Shown here: one piece after another, positions 20,583-29,704 of the stretch | Layout of the letters: every line of letters starts with the position of its first letter | How positions within the stretch are numbered: the first letter of the stretch is position 1 | Origin: Verrucomicrobiota bacterium | Lineage (GTDB): Bacteria > Auribacterota > JABMQX01 > JAFGEW01 | Length of the DNA: 64,000 nucleotides | Assembly: GCA_016931415.1 (NCBI GenBank) | Contig: JAFGEW010000027.1 | Span: 4,550-68,549, forward strand | Direction of reading: 5' to 3' | The notes under the pieces: model-generated | What the model saw: the letters and a program-made list of their open reading frames with translations, nothing else | What the model was told of the DNA's origin: nothing | Databases searched by the model: none | Position numbers and translations under genes: made by a program

Positions 20583-21817
20583 TTGCCGACGTCGCGCCGT
20601 CGGACACGCGCCGCGTCGTGCTCGCCTTCGCCGCATGCAATTTCCTGTTCTCGTGCGCGAGCTGGATGCTCGTCGCTTTCCTCCCCATCTACCTGCGGAA
20701 CGACCTGGGCTGGTCGGCGGGGCGGATCGGCATGCTCATCGCCGCCTATATCGTGACAACCTTGTTGCTGATCGTGCCGCTGGGCTACCTGTCGGATCGC
20801 GTCTCGCCCAAGCGTCTCGTGCAGGCGGGCGCCGCACTCTACATCGTGTATGCCCTCCTGCTCACGTCCGTGCAAACGTTTGGCGCTCTGGTCGCAGCCC
20901 AGATCGTCGGTGGAATGGGCGAGGCCGTCATTCTCATCGTGCTGCCCGCGCTGCTCTACAAGGACCTTGGCGTGACAGGGCGGGGCCAGAACGTCGGCGC
21001 GTTCGTGGCCGGATCGATGTTCGGTTTCTCTATCGGGCCCATGGCCGCGTGGGCGCTGCTCGACGTCGCGGGCCTGGCGTATCGGGGCTTGTTCGGCATG
21101 GTCTGCGGCGTCGCCGTCGTGCTTGTGCTGGTCAGCACGTTGCTCAAGGACGCCCCGCCGCTGTCCATCCACCTCGCCGATTACCTGCGTGACATCAAGC
21201 GACGCGAGGTGCTCCTCGTCGTGATCGCCATCGCCGGCCTTGGTGTCCACTTCGCCCACGAACGAACGACCTACGCGCTGTTCCTGAAGAACGTGGCCCA
21301 GTTCTCACGTCTGGGCGTGGCGGGCATGTTCGGCGTGATCGGGATCTGGATGGGCGTGCTGTCCCTGCTCATGGGACGAATCTTCGACCGGAACTCGCAT
21401 GTCCTTGTGTTGATCGGCGTCGGCTTGGCGCTCTCGGGCGGGTTCCATGCCGCGACGCCGTACGTCCGGGGTTTCGGGAACCTCGTCGTGATGCGCGCCA
21501 TCCACACGATCGGCGACGTGATGGTGATCTTCTCCTACAGCGTGATCGTCGCTTCGATCTTCCCCCGGGCGCGCATGGGCGGCAACACGGGCTTCGCCCT
21601 CATGTTCCGTGCAGTCGGCGGCGTGCTCGGCGCGGCTGTCGCCGGCCTGCTCGACAAGGAATTCACGTCGCTTACGCCGTCGTTCGCGTTTGCCGGCGGA
21701 GCGATGATCGTCTGCGGCGCCGTGCTTCTGATCAACTGGCGCACCTTCCGCCGCGTCTCGCACGGCATCCGCGCCGATCTGAGGGGTCAGCCGGCCCCGC
21801 TGCCTCCCGCATCCTGA
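20579..21817 (+). CDS. MFS transporter (12 TM).
   Basis: 12 hydrophobic helices and a D-R-x-x-P-K-R-like loop (YLSDRVSPKRL). ATGA overlap with the ABC ATPase gene. Confidence 0.75.
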   Translation: MIADVAPSDTRRVVLAFAACNFLFSCASWMLVAFLPIYLRNDLGWSAGRIGMLIAAYIVTTLLLIVPLGYLSDRVSPKRLVQAGAALYIVYALLLTSVQTFGALVAAQIVGGMGEAVILIVLPALLYKDLGVTGRGQNVGAFVAGSMFGFSIGPMAAWALLDVAGLAYRGLFGMVCGVAVVLVLVSTLLKDAPPLSIHLADYLRDIKRREVLLVVIAIAGLGVHFAHERTTYALFLKNVAQFSRLGVAGMFGVIGIWMGVLSLLMGRIFDRNSHVLVLIGVGLALSGGFHAATPYVRGFGNLVVMRAIHTIGDVMVIFSYSVIVASIFPRARMGGNTGFALMFRAVGGVLGAAVAGLLDKEFTSLTPSFAFAGGAMIVCGAVLLINWRTFRRVSHGIRADLRGQPAPLPPAS

Positions 21818-22029
21818 CCGGCGTCGAGTTCCCTGAGCAGCTCGATCGTCCGGCGCGCCTCATCTTGGTCGAGGCGTTCGAGCGCGAACCCGGCGTGCAC
21901 GATAACGTACTCGCCCGGCTTCACGTCCGGCAGGAGCGTCAGGTTCACCGGTTGCTGCACGCCGCCCAGCTCAACGGTGCCCGCGGTGCCCTCGACCGAG
22001 ACGACGCGCATCGGGACGGCAAGGCACAT
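21787..22029 (-). CDS. hypC: Hydrogenase maturation factor HypC.
   Basis: N-terminus MCLAVPMRVVSV matches the HypC signature (MCLAIP). Start chosen at M26 of the ORF. Confidence 0.8.
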   Translation of the reverse strand: MCLAVPMRVVSVEGTAGTVELGGVQQPVNLTLLPDVKPGEYVIVHAGFALERLDQDEARRTIELLRELDAGQDAGGSGAG

Positions 22030-22031
22030 CC

Positions 22032-22691
22032 TCACGCCCCCTTCCGGCACAGCCGCCGCTCGAGCCACGCGTACCAGGCCTCCAGCCCCTCGCCCGTGCG
22101 GCACGAGGCGCGGATGATCTCGAGCTTCGGATTGATCTTGCGCGTCTCGCCGATCAGCGCTTCGACGTCGACGTCGCAGTACGGCGCGAGATCGAGCTTA
22201 TTGAGCACCATGGTCTCGGCGCGCCGGAACAGCGCCGGGTACTTCGCCGGTTTGTCCTGCCCTTCGGCAATTGAGAGCACGGCAACCACCGCCTCCTCGC
22301 CCAGCTTATAGCTCACCGGGCAGACGAGGTTGCCGACGTTCTCGATGAACACCACGTCGAGCGCCTCGAGCGGCAGGTTCTCCAGCGCGCGCCCCACCAT
22401 GTTCGCGTCGAGGTGGCAGCCGCCCTGCGTGTTGATCTGCACCACCGGCGCGCCAAGCGCCTGGATCCGCTCGGCGTCGCGCGAGGTGGCGATATCGCCC
22501 TCGATCACGCCGATGCGCCACGTTCCCTTGAAGTGCTCGAGCGTGCGTTCGAGCAGCGTCGTCTTGCCCGCGCCGGGCGAGCTGATGAAGTTGAGCGCAC
22601 GCACGCCGTGCTCGGCAAACCGCCGGGCGTTCGACTCGGCAAGCGCGTCGTTCGCTTTGAGTATCCCTTCAACGACTCTGATCTCAGTCAT
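22032..22691 (-). CDS. hypB: Hydrogenase nickel-incorporation GTPase HypB.
   Basis: P-loop SPGAGKTTLL; metal-binding GGCHLD; ENVGNLVCP; NKLDL. Confidence 0.85.
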   Translation of the reverse strand: MTEIRVVEGILKANDALAESNARRFAEHGVRALNFISSPGAGKTTLLERTLEHFKGTWRIGVIEGDIATSRDAERIQALGAPVVQINTQGGCHLDANMVGRALENLPLEALDVVFIENVGNLVCPVSYKLGEEAVVAVLSIAEGQDKPAKYPALFRRAETMVLNKLDLAPYCDVDVEALIGETRKINPKLEIIRASCRTGEGLEAWYAWLERRLCRKGA

Positions 22692-23055
22692 TGACGGCCT
22701 TCTCCTCGAGGTCCGTGTCGCCCTCGATCGAATCGAGGTACAGCTCGCTGCCGCGCACGACGTCAACGTTGACCGACCCGCACGCCGAGCAGACGAACGC
22801 GATGTCCTCAAGCTCGGTCTCTGTTCCGCACTCGGTGCAGCGCACCGTCACCGGCACCTCGATAATCTCCAATTGCGCCCCGTCGGCCACCGTGCCACGC
22901 CCGGCGACCTCGAGGGCGAACTCGAGCGCCTCGGGCACCACGTTGCCGAGTGCGCCGACGACGATCCGCAGCCGCGCCACGCGCACGAGCTGGTGCTCAG
23001 CCGCCGTCTTCTCGACGATGGCGAGCAGGTCCTCTGCAATCGAGAGCTCGTGCAT
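22684..23055 (-). CDS. hypA: Hydrogenase nickel-insertion protein HypA.
   Basis: MHELSIAEDLLAIVE N-terminus and C-terminal zinc ribbon CTECG...CSACGS. Confidence 0.8.
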   Translation of the reverse strand: MHELSIAEDLLAIVEKTAAEHQLVRVARLRIVVGALGNVVPEALEFALEVAGRGTVADGAQLEIIEVPVTVRCTECGTETELEDIAFVCSACGSVNVDVVRGSELYLDSIEGDTDLEEKAVND

Positions 23056-23243
23056 GTCGCCTCCAGAAACGCCTGCGCCCTGTTGTTCGACGGGATCTCC
23101 AGACCCCGTGCCACATCCGGCCGAAGCCTGCGCGGCACCGCGTCGGAGCTTGGCCTTGACCCGCCTGCGCCCGGCTGCCAGAATCCGCTGCACCGGGTTG
23201 GTTCAGTCTAGCACAGGCCCCCGCACTTGCACAGGAGGAAGCC

Positions 23244-24863
23244 ATGGGCGTCGAGATACGCCCCATCGAGGAGGGCGACATCCAGGGCGTCATCGCCCTG
23301 TACCGCAAGGTCTACGGCGACGACTTCCCGTTCAAGCAGTTCTATGAGCCGACTTGGGTGCGCAAGGGCATCTACGACGACGACTTGGTCTGGAGCGTCG
23401 CCGAGCTCGACGGTCGCATCGTCGGTTCAGCCGCCGTTATGGTCAACGTCGGCGACCACGACGACCTCATCGGCGAGTTCGGACGCCTCGTCGTCGACCC
23501 GGACGCCCGCGGCCACGGCGTCGGCCAAGCGCTCGGCCAGATGCGCGTCGACGCCGTGAGCCGGCACATCGAGTTCGGCTTCGCCGAGGCGCGCGCCGTC
23601 CATCCGGGCGCACAGAAGATCATGGATCGCCTCGGCTTTGCCGCGATCGGGTTCGAGCCGATGAAGTACGTGCTCCGCCGCCGCGAGAGCGTCGTGTTCT
23701 TCGGCCGGCACTTCGGCAATGCGGCCGCGCTGCGCAAGAACAATCCGCAGGTCATCAGCGCCGTGCACGCCCTCGGCTCGCGCGCCCTCGAGAACATGGG
23801 TCTCGAGCCCGACCTCATCGTCAAGGCCGAGGTCGAGCCTTATCCGTCAGATCTCGAGTACGAGATCGTCGAGCTCCAGGGCGCCTGGTCGCACCGCCTC
23901 CTGCGCATCGAGCAGGGCCGCGTCGTCAAGCCCGAGGTTTTCGGCGGCATGCACCTCGACTACGGCTACCTCAAGATCAAGGCGGCCGCTGCGACCTACC
24001 TCGTCGCGCGTGAGCACGGCGCTCCCGTCGGCGCCATCGGGTTCACCATCGACGACATCGACCGCAAGTGCCGCATCTTCGAGCTCATCGAGTTCGACGA
24101 CGCGGTCAAGGGCTTCCTCCTCCGCTGCGTCACGGAGCGCGCCGAGACCCAATACGGCTGCGACTATATCGAGGTTGACGTCAACGCCCATTCGCCGCGG
24201 CTCCAGTGCACGCTCGACCTGCTCGGCTATGTGCCGGTCGCCTACTGCCCGGCGATGGTGTTCCACACCGTCGAGCGGCTCGACGTGGTGAAGATGGCCA
24301 AGGTCGTCTGCGACTACGAGCTCGGCGGGGTCGACCTCATCGACAACGCGAAACCGCTCTTCGACATCGTCAACAACGCGATGGTGCAGAAGAAGAAGGG
24401 CGTCGAGATCGACTCGATCATGGCACGCATCGGCATCTTCGAAGGCCTCGACTGGGCCGGCATCGACCGGATCGGCCGCATCTGCACCGAGAAGCAGTTC
24501 AAGGCCGGCGAGACGGTTTTCGCCGAGGGCAGCGAGGGCGCCCAGATGTACGTGGTCACTCGCGGCTCGATCGAGATCCGCGATTCCTCCTCGGGCGACG
24601 GGACGGTCGCCGCCGTGCGTGCCGGCGAGATCTTCGGCGAGTTCGCTCTCATCGACGCGTTGCCGCGTTCGATGTCGGCCGTCTGCGTCGAAGACGCCAC
24701 CGTGCTGGTGATCGCCAAGCGCGATTTCGACCACCTCATGGCCTACCATCCCTCGATCGGCTCGCGCGTCTACCGCAACATCGCCGCGACGCTCGTCGGC
24801 CGCCTCCGCCGCACGAACGTCAGCCTCGCCCTGCATAAGCTGAAGTACGAGACGGAGGACTAA
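23244..24863 (+). CDS. Tandem GNAT-fold acetyltransferase fused to a C-terminal cyclic-nucleotide-binding domain.
   Basis: GNAT acetyl-CoA motif RLVVDPDARGHGVGQAL. The cNMP-binding domain has a phosphate-binding cassette, GEIFGEFALID...PRSMSAVC. Confidence 0.7.
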   Translation: MGVEIRPIEEGDIQGVIALYRKVYGDDFPFKQFYEPTWVRKGIYDDDLVWSVAELDGRIVGSAAVMVNVGDHDDLIGEFGRLVVDPDARGHGVGQALGQMRVDAVSRHIEFGFAEARAVHPGAQKIMDRLGFAAIGFEPMKYVLRRRESVVFFGRHFGNAAALRKNNPQVISAVHALGSRALENMGLEPDLIVKAEVEPYPSDLEYEIVELQGAWSHRLLRIEQGRVVKPEVFGGMHLDYGYLKIKAAAATYLVAREHGAPVGAIGFTIDDIDRKCRIFELIEFDDAVKGFLLRCVTERAETQYGCDYIEVDVNAHSPRLQCTLDLLGYVPVAYCPAMVFHTVERLDVVKMAKVVCDYELGGVDLIDNAKPLFDIVNNAMVQKKKGVEIDSIMARIGIFEGLDWAGIDRIGRICTEKQFKAGETVFAEGSEGAQMYVVTRGSIEIRDSSSGDGTVAAVRAGEIFGEFALIDALPRSMSAVCVEDATVLVIAKRDFDHLMAYHPSIGSRVYRNIAATLVGRLRRTNVSLALHKLKYETED

Positions 24864-24930
24864 CCGCAGATCAGTACAGGCGGCACCGATATGACACACT
24901 GCCCCTCTATGTGATCTATGGCTCATTCCG

Positions 24931-26295
24931 ATGCGCTACCACGACGCGATCGACAGGCTATACACCATCCGCATGTTCGGCGCGAAGCTCGGGCTGGCAA
25001 ACACTCGCCATCTGCTCGACGCGCTCGGCCACCCGGAACAGCGCTATCGCATCGTCCACGTAGCCGGCACGAACGGCAAAGGCTCGGTCGCGGCGCTCGT
25101 TGCCTCCGCACTTAAGGCCGCCGGCCACACGGTCGGCCTGTTTACCTCGCCGCACATCTCGTCATTTCGTGAGCGGATGCAGGTCAATGGCCAGTCCGCA
25201 AGCGAGGCCGAGATCGCCGCGCATCTCGAACGCCTCCTGCCCATCGTTGACGATATGGCACGGCGCGATGACGTCACCTCCCCCACCTTCTTCGAAGTCG
25301 TCACGGCCATGGCCGCCGATCTTTTCGCCGCGCGGGGCTGCGACCTCGCCGTCTTCGAGGTCGGCATGGGCGGCCGCCTCGATGCGACCAACGCGCTGCC
25401 GGCCGCGGTCTCGGCCATCACGAGCATCGGCCTCGACCACACCGAATGGCTCGGCTCGACCATCCCCGAGATTGCGTTCGAGAAAGCCGGCATCATCAAG
25501 CCCGGCGTGCCTGTCGTGACCGACGCGCTCCCGGACGCCGCGCGCGACGTCGTCCGCTGCGCCGCCGCCGAGCGCCGGGCTCCGCTCATCGAGGGGGGCC
25601 GCGACATCGTCGTCGAGACCCGTACGCCGTCTCGCGAGGGCCAGACACTCACCGTCCGTACGCCCAACGGCCGCTATGACAACCTGCACCTTGGCCTGCA
25701 CGGCGCGCACCAGGCCGGGAACTGCACCGTCGCCCTCGGCGTCTTAGAGTCGCTGGCTGATCAGGGGGTCGATGTGCCGCGCGAGGCGATCGTCTCGGGC
25801 GTGCGCACCGCGCGCTGGCCCGGGCGCTTCGAGATCGTTCCGGGCGATCCGGCGTTCATCCTGGACGCGGCGGCCAATCCCCCCGCGGCCCAGGTGCTCG
25901 CCGCGACGCTCGGCGAGTTCCTTGCCCCCGGCGAGCGGCTCGTGCTCGTTACCGGCGCGCTCAGGGACAAGGACACGGTGCGCATGTGCCGTGCGCTCGT
26001 CCCACGCGCCGACGAGGTCATCGTTACCGAGCCGGCGAGCACGCGGCGGCTGCACGCCGATGAGCTGTACTACACCGCCGGCCGCTATGCGCTCGGTTGC
26101 CCGGTCCGCGTTGTCAACGGGCTCGACGCGGCGCTCGAGACCGCCGCCGCCCGGCTGCGCGGGCGACAGGGCTTCGTCCTGGTCACCGGTTCGATCTTTC
26201 TGCTCGCCCGGGCACGCGAGATGCTCGGTATCGCCGAGGCAGCCCAGGACTTCCGCCTCACGGAAGTCCTTGCCACACCCCAGGCGAAACGGTAA
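24931..26295 (+). CDS. folC: Folylpolyglutamate synthase / dihydrofolate synthase.
   Basis: VAGTNGKGS P-loop and Mur-ligase-family layout of about 450 aa. Confidence 0.85.
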   Translation: MRYHDAIDRLYTIRMFGAKLGLANTRHLLDALGHPEQRYRIVHVAGTNGKGSVAALVASALKAAGHTVGLFTSPHISSFRERMQVNGQSASEAEIAAHLERLLPIVDDMARRDDVTSPTFFEVVTAMAADLFAARGCDLAVFEVGMGGRLDATNALPAAVSAITSIGLDHTEWLGSTIPEIAFEKAGIIKPGVPVVTDALPDAARDVVRCAAAERRAPLIEGGRDIVVETRTPSREGQTLTVRTPNGRYDNLHLGLHGAHQAGNCTVALGVLESLADQGVDVPREAIVSGVRTARWPGRFEIVPGDPAFILDAAANPPAAQVLAATLGEFLAPGERLVLVTGALRDKDTVRMCRALVPRADEVIVTEPASTRRLHADELYYTAGRYALGCPVRVVNGLDAALETAAARLRGRQGFVLVTGSIFLLARAREMLGIAEAAQDFRLTEVLATPQAKR

Positions 26296-26353
26296 CGAAG
26301 GGGCGTCGCATTCACAGCAAGCCGGTCATTGCATCGAGGAGACTGACGACACC

Positions 26354-28195
26354 ATGTGCGGCATCGTTGGGTATATCGGCGCGCGCGACGCGCAAGACAT
26401 CCTGATCACCGGGCTCAAGCGGCTCGAGTACCGCGGCTACGACTCGTGCGGCATCGCCGTGCTCAGCCCGGCCGGCGAGATCGTCGTCGCCAAGAAGGAG
26501 GGACGCATCTCCAACCTGGAAGCCGCCCTTGCGGACCACCGCCTCGCCGGCACAACCGGCATCGGCCACACGCGCTGGGCCACCCACGGTCGTCCAAGCG
26601 ACGTCAACGCCCACCCGCATCGCGACGGCTCGGGCAGCGTCGTGCTCGTCCACAACGGGATCATCGAGAACTACGGCGAACTCAAGGAAGCGCTCCGTCT
26701 CAAGGGCCACGCCTTCGAATCCGAGACCGACACCGAAGTGGTCGCCCATTTGATCGAGGACGAGTTCGAGAACGGCGCCGCCACCCTGCTCGAGGCCACC
26801 CGCACCGCCCTCAAGCGCGTGCGCGGCGCCTACGCGCTCTGCATCATGCGCACGAGCGAGCCCGACCGCCTTATTGCCGCGCGCTCCGGTGCGCCGTTGC
26901 TCATGGGCGTTGGCGATGGCGAGTACTTCCTTTCGAGCGACGCCGCGCCCATCATCCCCTACACGCGCCGCGTGCTCTACCTTAACGACGAGGAGCTGCT
27001 CGAGATTCACCGCGACGGCTTCACCAAGATCAGCCTCGACGGCGAGCCCCTCGAGAGCACGATCTCGCAGATCACCTGGACGGCCGAGGAAGCCGAGAAG
27101 GGCGGCTACGAGACCTTCATGCTCAAGGAAATCTACGAACAGCCGGCCGCGCTCCGCCGCACGTTGAGCAGCCTGATCGACTCGAAAACCGGCGAGCTCC
27201 TCGTCGAGAACGCACCGTTGACGGCCGAACGCCTCCGCTCGCTTACCGACATCTCGGTCGTCTCGTGCGGCACCGCCCTCCACGCCGGCATGGTCGGTAC
27301 CTACCTCGCCAACGAGCTGTGCGGCCTCGACGTGCATACCGAGTGGGCGAGTGAGTTCCGCTACCGCCGCCTCAAGCTCAACCCGCAGCGCATGGTGCTC
27401 GTGATCTCGCAGTCGGGCGAAACCGCCGACACGCTCGCCAGCCTCCGCGCGGCCAAGGCGCTCGGCGCCCCCGTGCTCGGGATCATCAACGTGCGCGAGA
27501 GCACGATCGCCCGCGAGAGCGACCACGTGCTCTATACTCAAGCCGGCCCGGAGATTGGCGTCGCCTCGACCAAAGCCTACACGAGCCAGATCGCGGCTAT
27601 GGTTGTCTTTGCGCTGCACCTCGCGCGTGTGCGCGGCGAGATGAGCGATGACGACTACAATCGTTTTATGCGCGACCTGCTCGCCGTGCCCGACGTGATC
27701 GAGCGCATGCTGGCCGACATCACGACAATCAAGCGCATCGCCGACCGCGTCTACGATGCGCGGAGCTCGCTCTATCTCGGCCGTGGTTTCAATTTTCCGT
27801 CGGCGCTCGAGGGCGCGCTCAAGAACAAAGAGATCTCCTACATGCACTGCGAGGGCTATGCCGCCGGCGAGATGAAGCACGGGCCGATCGCGTTGATCCA
27901 GGCGCGTTTCCCCATCTTCAGCGTCTGCACCAAAGGCAGCACGTACGAGAAGATGGTGTCGAACATCAAGGAGGTCGGCGCGCGCAACGGCTACATCGTC
28001 ACCATTGCTACCGAGGGCGACGAACACATCAAGACGATCAGCGACGACGTGATCTACGTGCCCGAGGTACGCGAGGAGCTCTCGCCGCTCGTCAACGCCG
28101 TGCCGCTGCAACTGCTCGCTTACCACATCGCACGCATCCGTGGCTGCGACATCGACAAGCCGCGTAACCTGGCCAAGAGCGTCACGGTGGAGTAA
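26354..28195 (+). CDS. glmS: Glutamine--fructose-6-phosphate aminotransferase.
   Basis: MCGIVGYIG N-terminal Cys, two SIS domains and the C-terminal VTVE. Confidence 0.95.
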   Translation: MCGIVGYIGARDAQDILITGLKRLEYRGYDSCGIAVLSPAGEIVVAKKEGRISNLEAALADHRLAGTTGIGHTRWATHGRPSDVNAHPHRDGSGSVVLVHNGIIENYGELKEALRLKGHAFESETDTEVVAHLIEDEFENGAATLLEATRTALKRVRGAYALCIMRTSEPDRLIAARSGAPLLMGVGDGEYFLSSDAAPIIPYTRRVLYLNDEELLEIHRDGFTKISLDGEPLESTISQITWTAEEAEKGGYETFMLKEIYEQPAALRRTLSSLIDSKTGELLVENAPLTAERLRSLTDISVVSCGTALHAGMVGTYLANELCGLDVHTEWASEFRYRRLKLNPQRMVLVISQSGETADTLASLRAAKALGAPVLGIINVRESTIARESDHVLYTQAGPEIGVASTKAYTSQIAAMVVFALHLARVRGEMSDDDYNRFMRDLLAVPDVIERMLADITTIKRIADRVYDARSSLYLGRGFNFPSALEGALKNKEISYMHCEGYAAGEMKHGPIALIQARFPIFSVCTKGSTYEKMVSNIKEVGARNGYIVTIATEGDEHIKTISDDVIYVPEVREELSPLVNAVPLQLLAYHIARIRGCDIDKPRNLAKSVTVE

Positions 28196-28235
28196 GCCTT
28201 CGCCACAGATTCCCACAGAGGACACGAAACCCGCG

Positions 28236-28916
28236 ATGGCGAAGACGCAAGGACAGAGCACGTATCTCATCATCGGAGCCGGCAAGTTCGGCCAGGGCGT
28301 GGCTCGCGCGCTCGCCGAGCGCGGTGCGCGCGTGATCGCCGTCGATCGCCATCCCGAGGCGCTCGCCCAACTGTGCACCGTCGCCTCGAACACCCTCCAG
28401 TTCGACGCGACCGACGAGGCGGCGCTCACCGAGGCCGCGCGCGGCACGGACGTGGCCATCGTGAGCATCGGCGAAGATGTCGAATCGAGCCTCCTCATCG
28501 TCGCCGCGCTCAAGGAGGCAGGGGTGCCTACCGTCGTGGCCAAGGCACTCACCGACACCCATGGCAAGCTGCTCGCGCGCGTGGGAGCCGACCGCATCGT
28601 GTTCCCCGAACGGGACATGGGCCGCAAGCTGGCCGCCTCACTCGTCTCGCCGATGATCTTCGATCAGGTCGAGGTCACCCCCGGCTACGCGATCCTCGAG
28701 GTGACCGCCTCCGGCGCCTTGTGTGGCAAGAGCCTCGCCCAATCCGACATCCGCGCCCAGTACGGCGTCACCATCATTGCCATCAAGCCCGGCGGTGGTG
28801 CCCGCCGCGAAGCCGTCGTCGCACCGCCGGCCGACACGGTCATCGCCGAGGGCGACATTCTCGTCGTCATCGGGACCGACGCCGACATCGAGCGCTTCCG
28901 CCGTGTGACCGCCTGA
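28236..28916 (+). CDS. TrkA/KtrA-type K+ transport regulatory subunit (TrkA-N + TrkA-C).
   Basis: Rossmann GAGKFG motif and C-terminal TrkA-C (VTASGALCGKSLAQSDIRAQYGVTIIAIK). Confidence 0.75.
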   Translation: MAKTQGQSTYLIIGAGKFGQGVARALAERGARVIAVDRHPEALAQLCTVASNTLQFDATDEAALTEAARGTDVAIVSIGEDVESSLLIVAALKEAGVPTVVAKALTDTHGKLLARVGADRIVFPERDMGRKLAASLVSPMIFDQVEVTPGYAILEVTASGALCGKSLAQSDIRAQYGVTIIAIKPGGGARREAVVAPPADTVIAEGDILVVIGTDADIERFRRVTA

Positions 28917-28998
28917 GCTCACAGCGGCGGCCTCCGCCATCGACAGAACGACTGGAGAGAACTGCGCAGGCAGCAACGCGGGCCGATGGATCAAGCCG

Positions 28999-29655
28999 CT
29001 ACTCGTCGATGAAGCGGCCCGAGAGGAACATCTGGCGCAGCTCGACGATGCGGCCCATGAGGCGCTCGCGCGCGCCGATCAGCCGGGCCCGGAACCGGCT
29101 CGCGACCGGCTTCGGCACCGCGCCGCTCCGCTCGGCCTCGTCAAGCGCCGAGAGCGACACGAGCACATGGCCCATGGCACGTTTGTGGTTGGCGATGTTG
29201 CCGCCGAGCGCGTCGCGCGAGAAACCCATGCTGCGGCCGCCGGCGATTTTGGCGGCAATCATGGCCGACTGCGCCAGGAGCTCGGGAATGGCGGGCGAGA
29301 CTGCGCCGTCGCCCGCTCCGTCGAGGAAACGGTGGATGTCGACCGCGACGTCCTCCGCCCAGCGCCACAGGGGGTCGCGCTCGTAGTCGCACCCATCTTG
29401 CTCATCCGCGTCATCGTCGTCGAAGGCGCCATCCGGGCAGGCGTCGTCGTCGGCGCCGTCATCGAACGCCGCGGGCAGCTCCCAGCCCATCTCGCGCGCA
29501 ATCCGCTCCTCGGCGTCCGGCAGGCCGTGGTAGAGCTCCTCGAGCTGCATGTACCGATCGGTCAGTTCGTCCTGCTCGCGCAGGAACGCCTCCCACCGGT
29601 ACTCGTCCCACGGCTCATCATTCTGCCACGACTCGAATCCCCCGTCGTGAGGCAT
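28999..29655 (-). CDS. Hypothetical acidic protein.
   Basis: Start chosen at M17 (MPHDGG), preceded by GGGGGAG. Asp-rich tract. No motif recognised. Confidence 0.4.
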   Translation of the reverse strand: MPHDGGFESWQNDEPWDEYRWEAFLREQDELTDRYMQLEELYHGLPDAEERIAREMGWELPAAFDDGADDDACPDGAFDDDDADEQDGCDYERDPLWRWAEDVAVDIHRFLDGAGDGAVSPAIPELLAQSAMIAAKIAGGRSMGFSRDALGGNIANHKRAMGHVLVSLSALDEAERSGAVPKPVASRFRARLIGARERLMGRIVELRQMFLSGRFIDE

Positions 29656-29704
29656 CTCTCGCTCCCCCTCAGCTCCTGCGGGCCGTCTTCGACTCCCGGC
29701 CAAC

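Noticed and set aside
26312-28627. 771-aa minus-strand ORF.
   Set aside because: Antisense to glmS and trkA, whose plus-strand frames are unambiguous. Composition is shadow-ORF-like.
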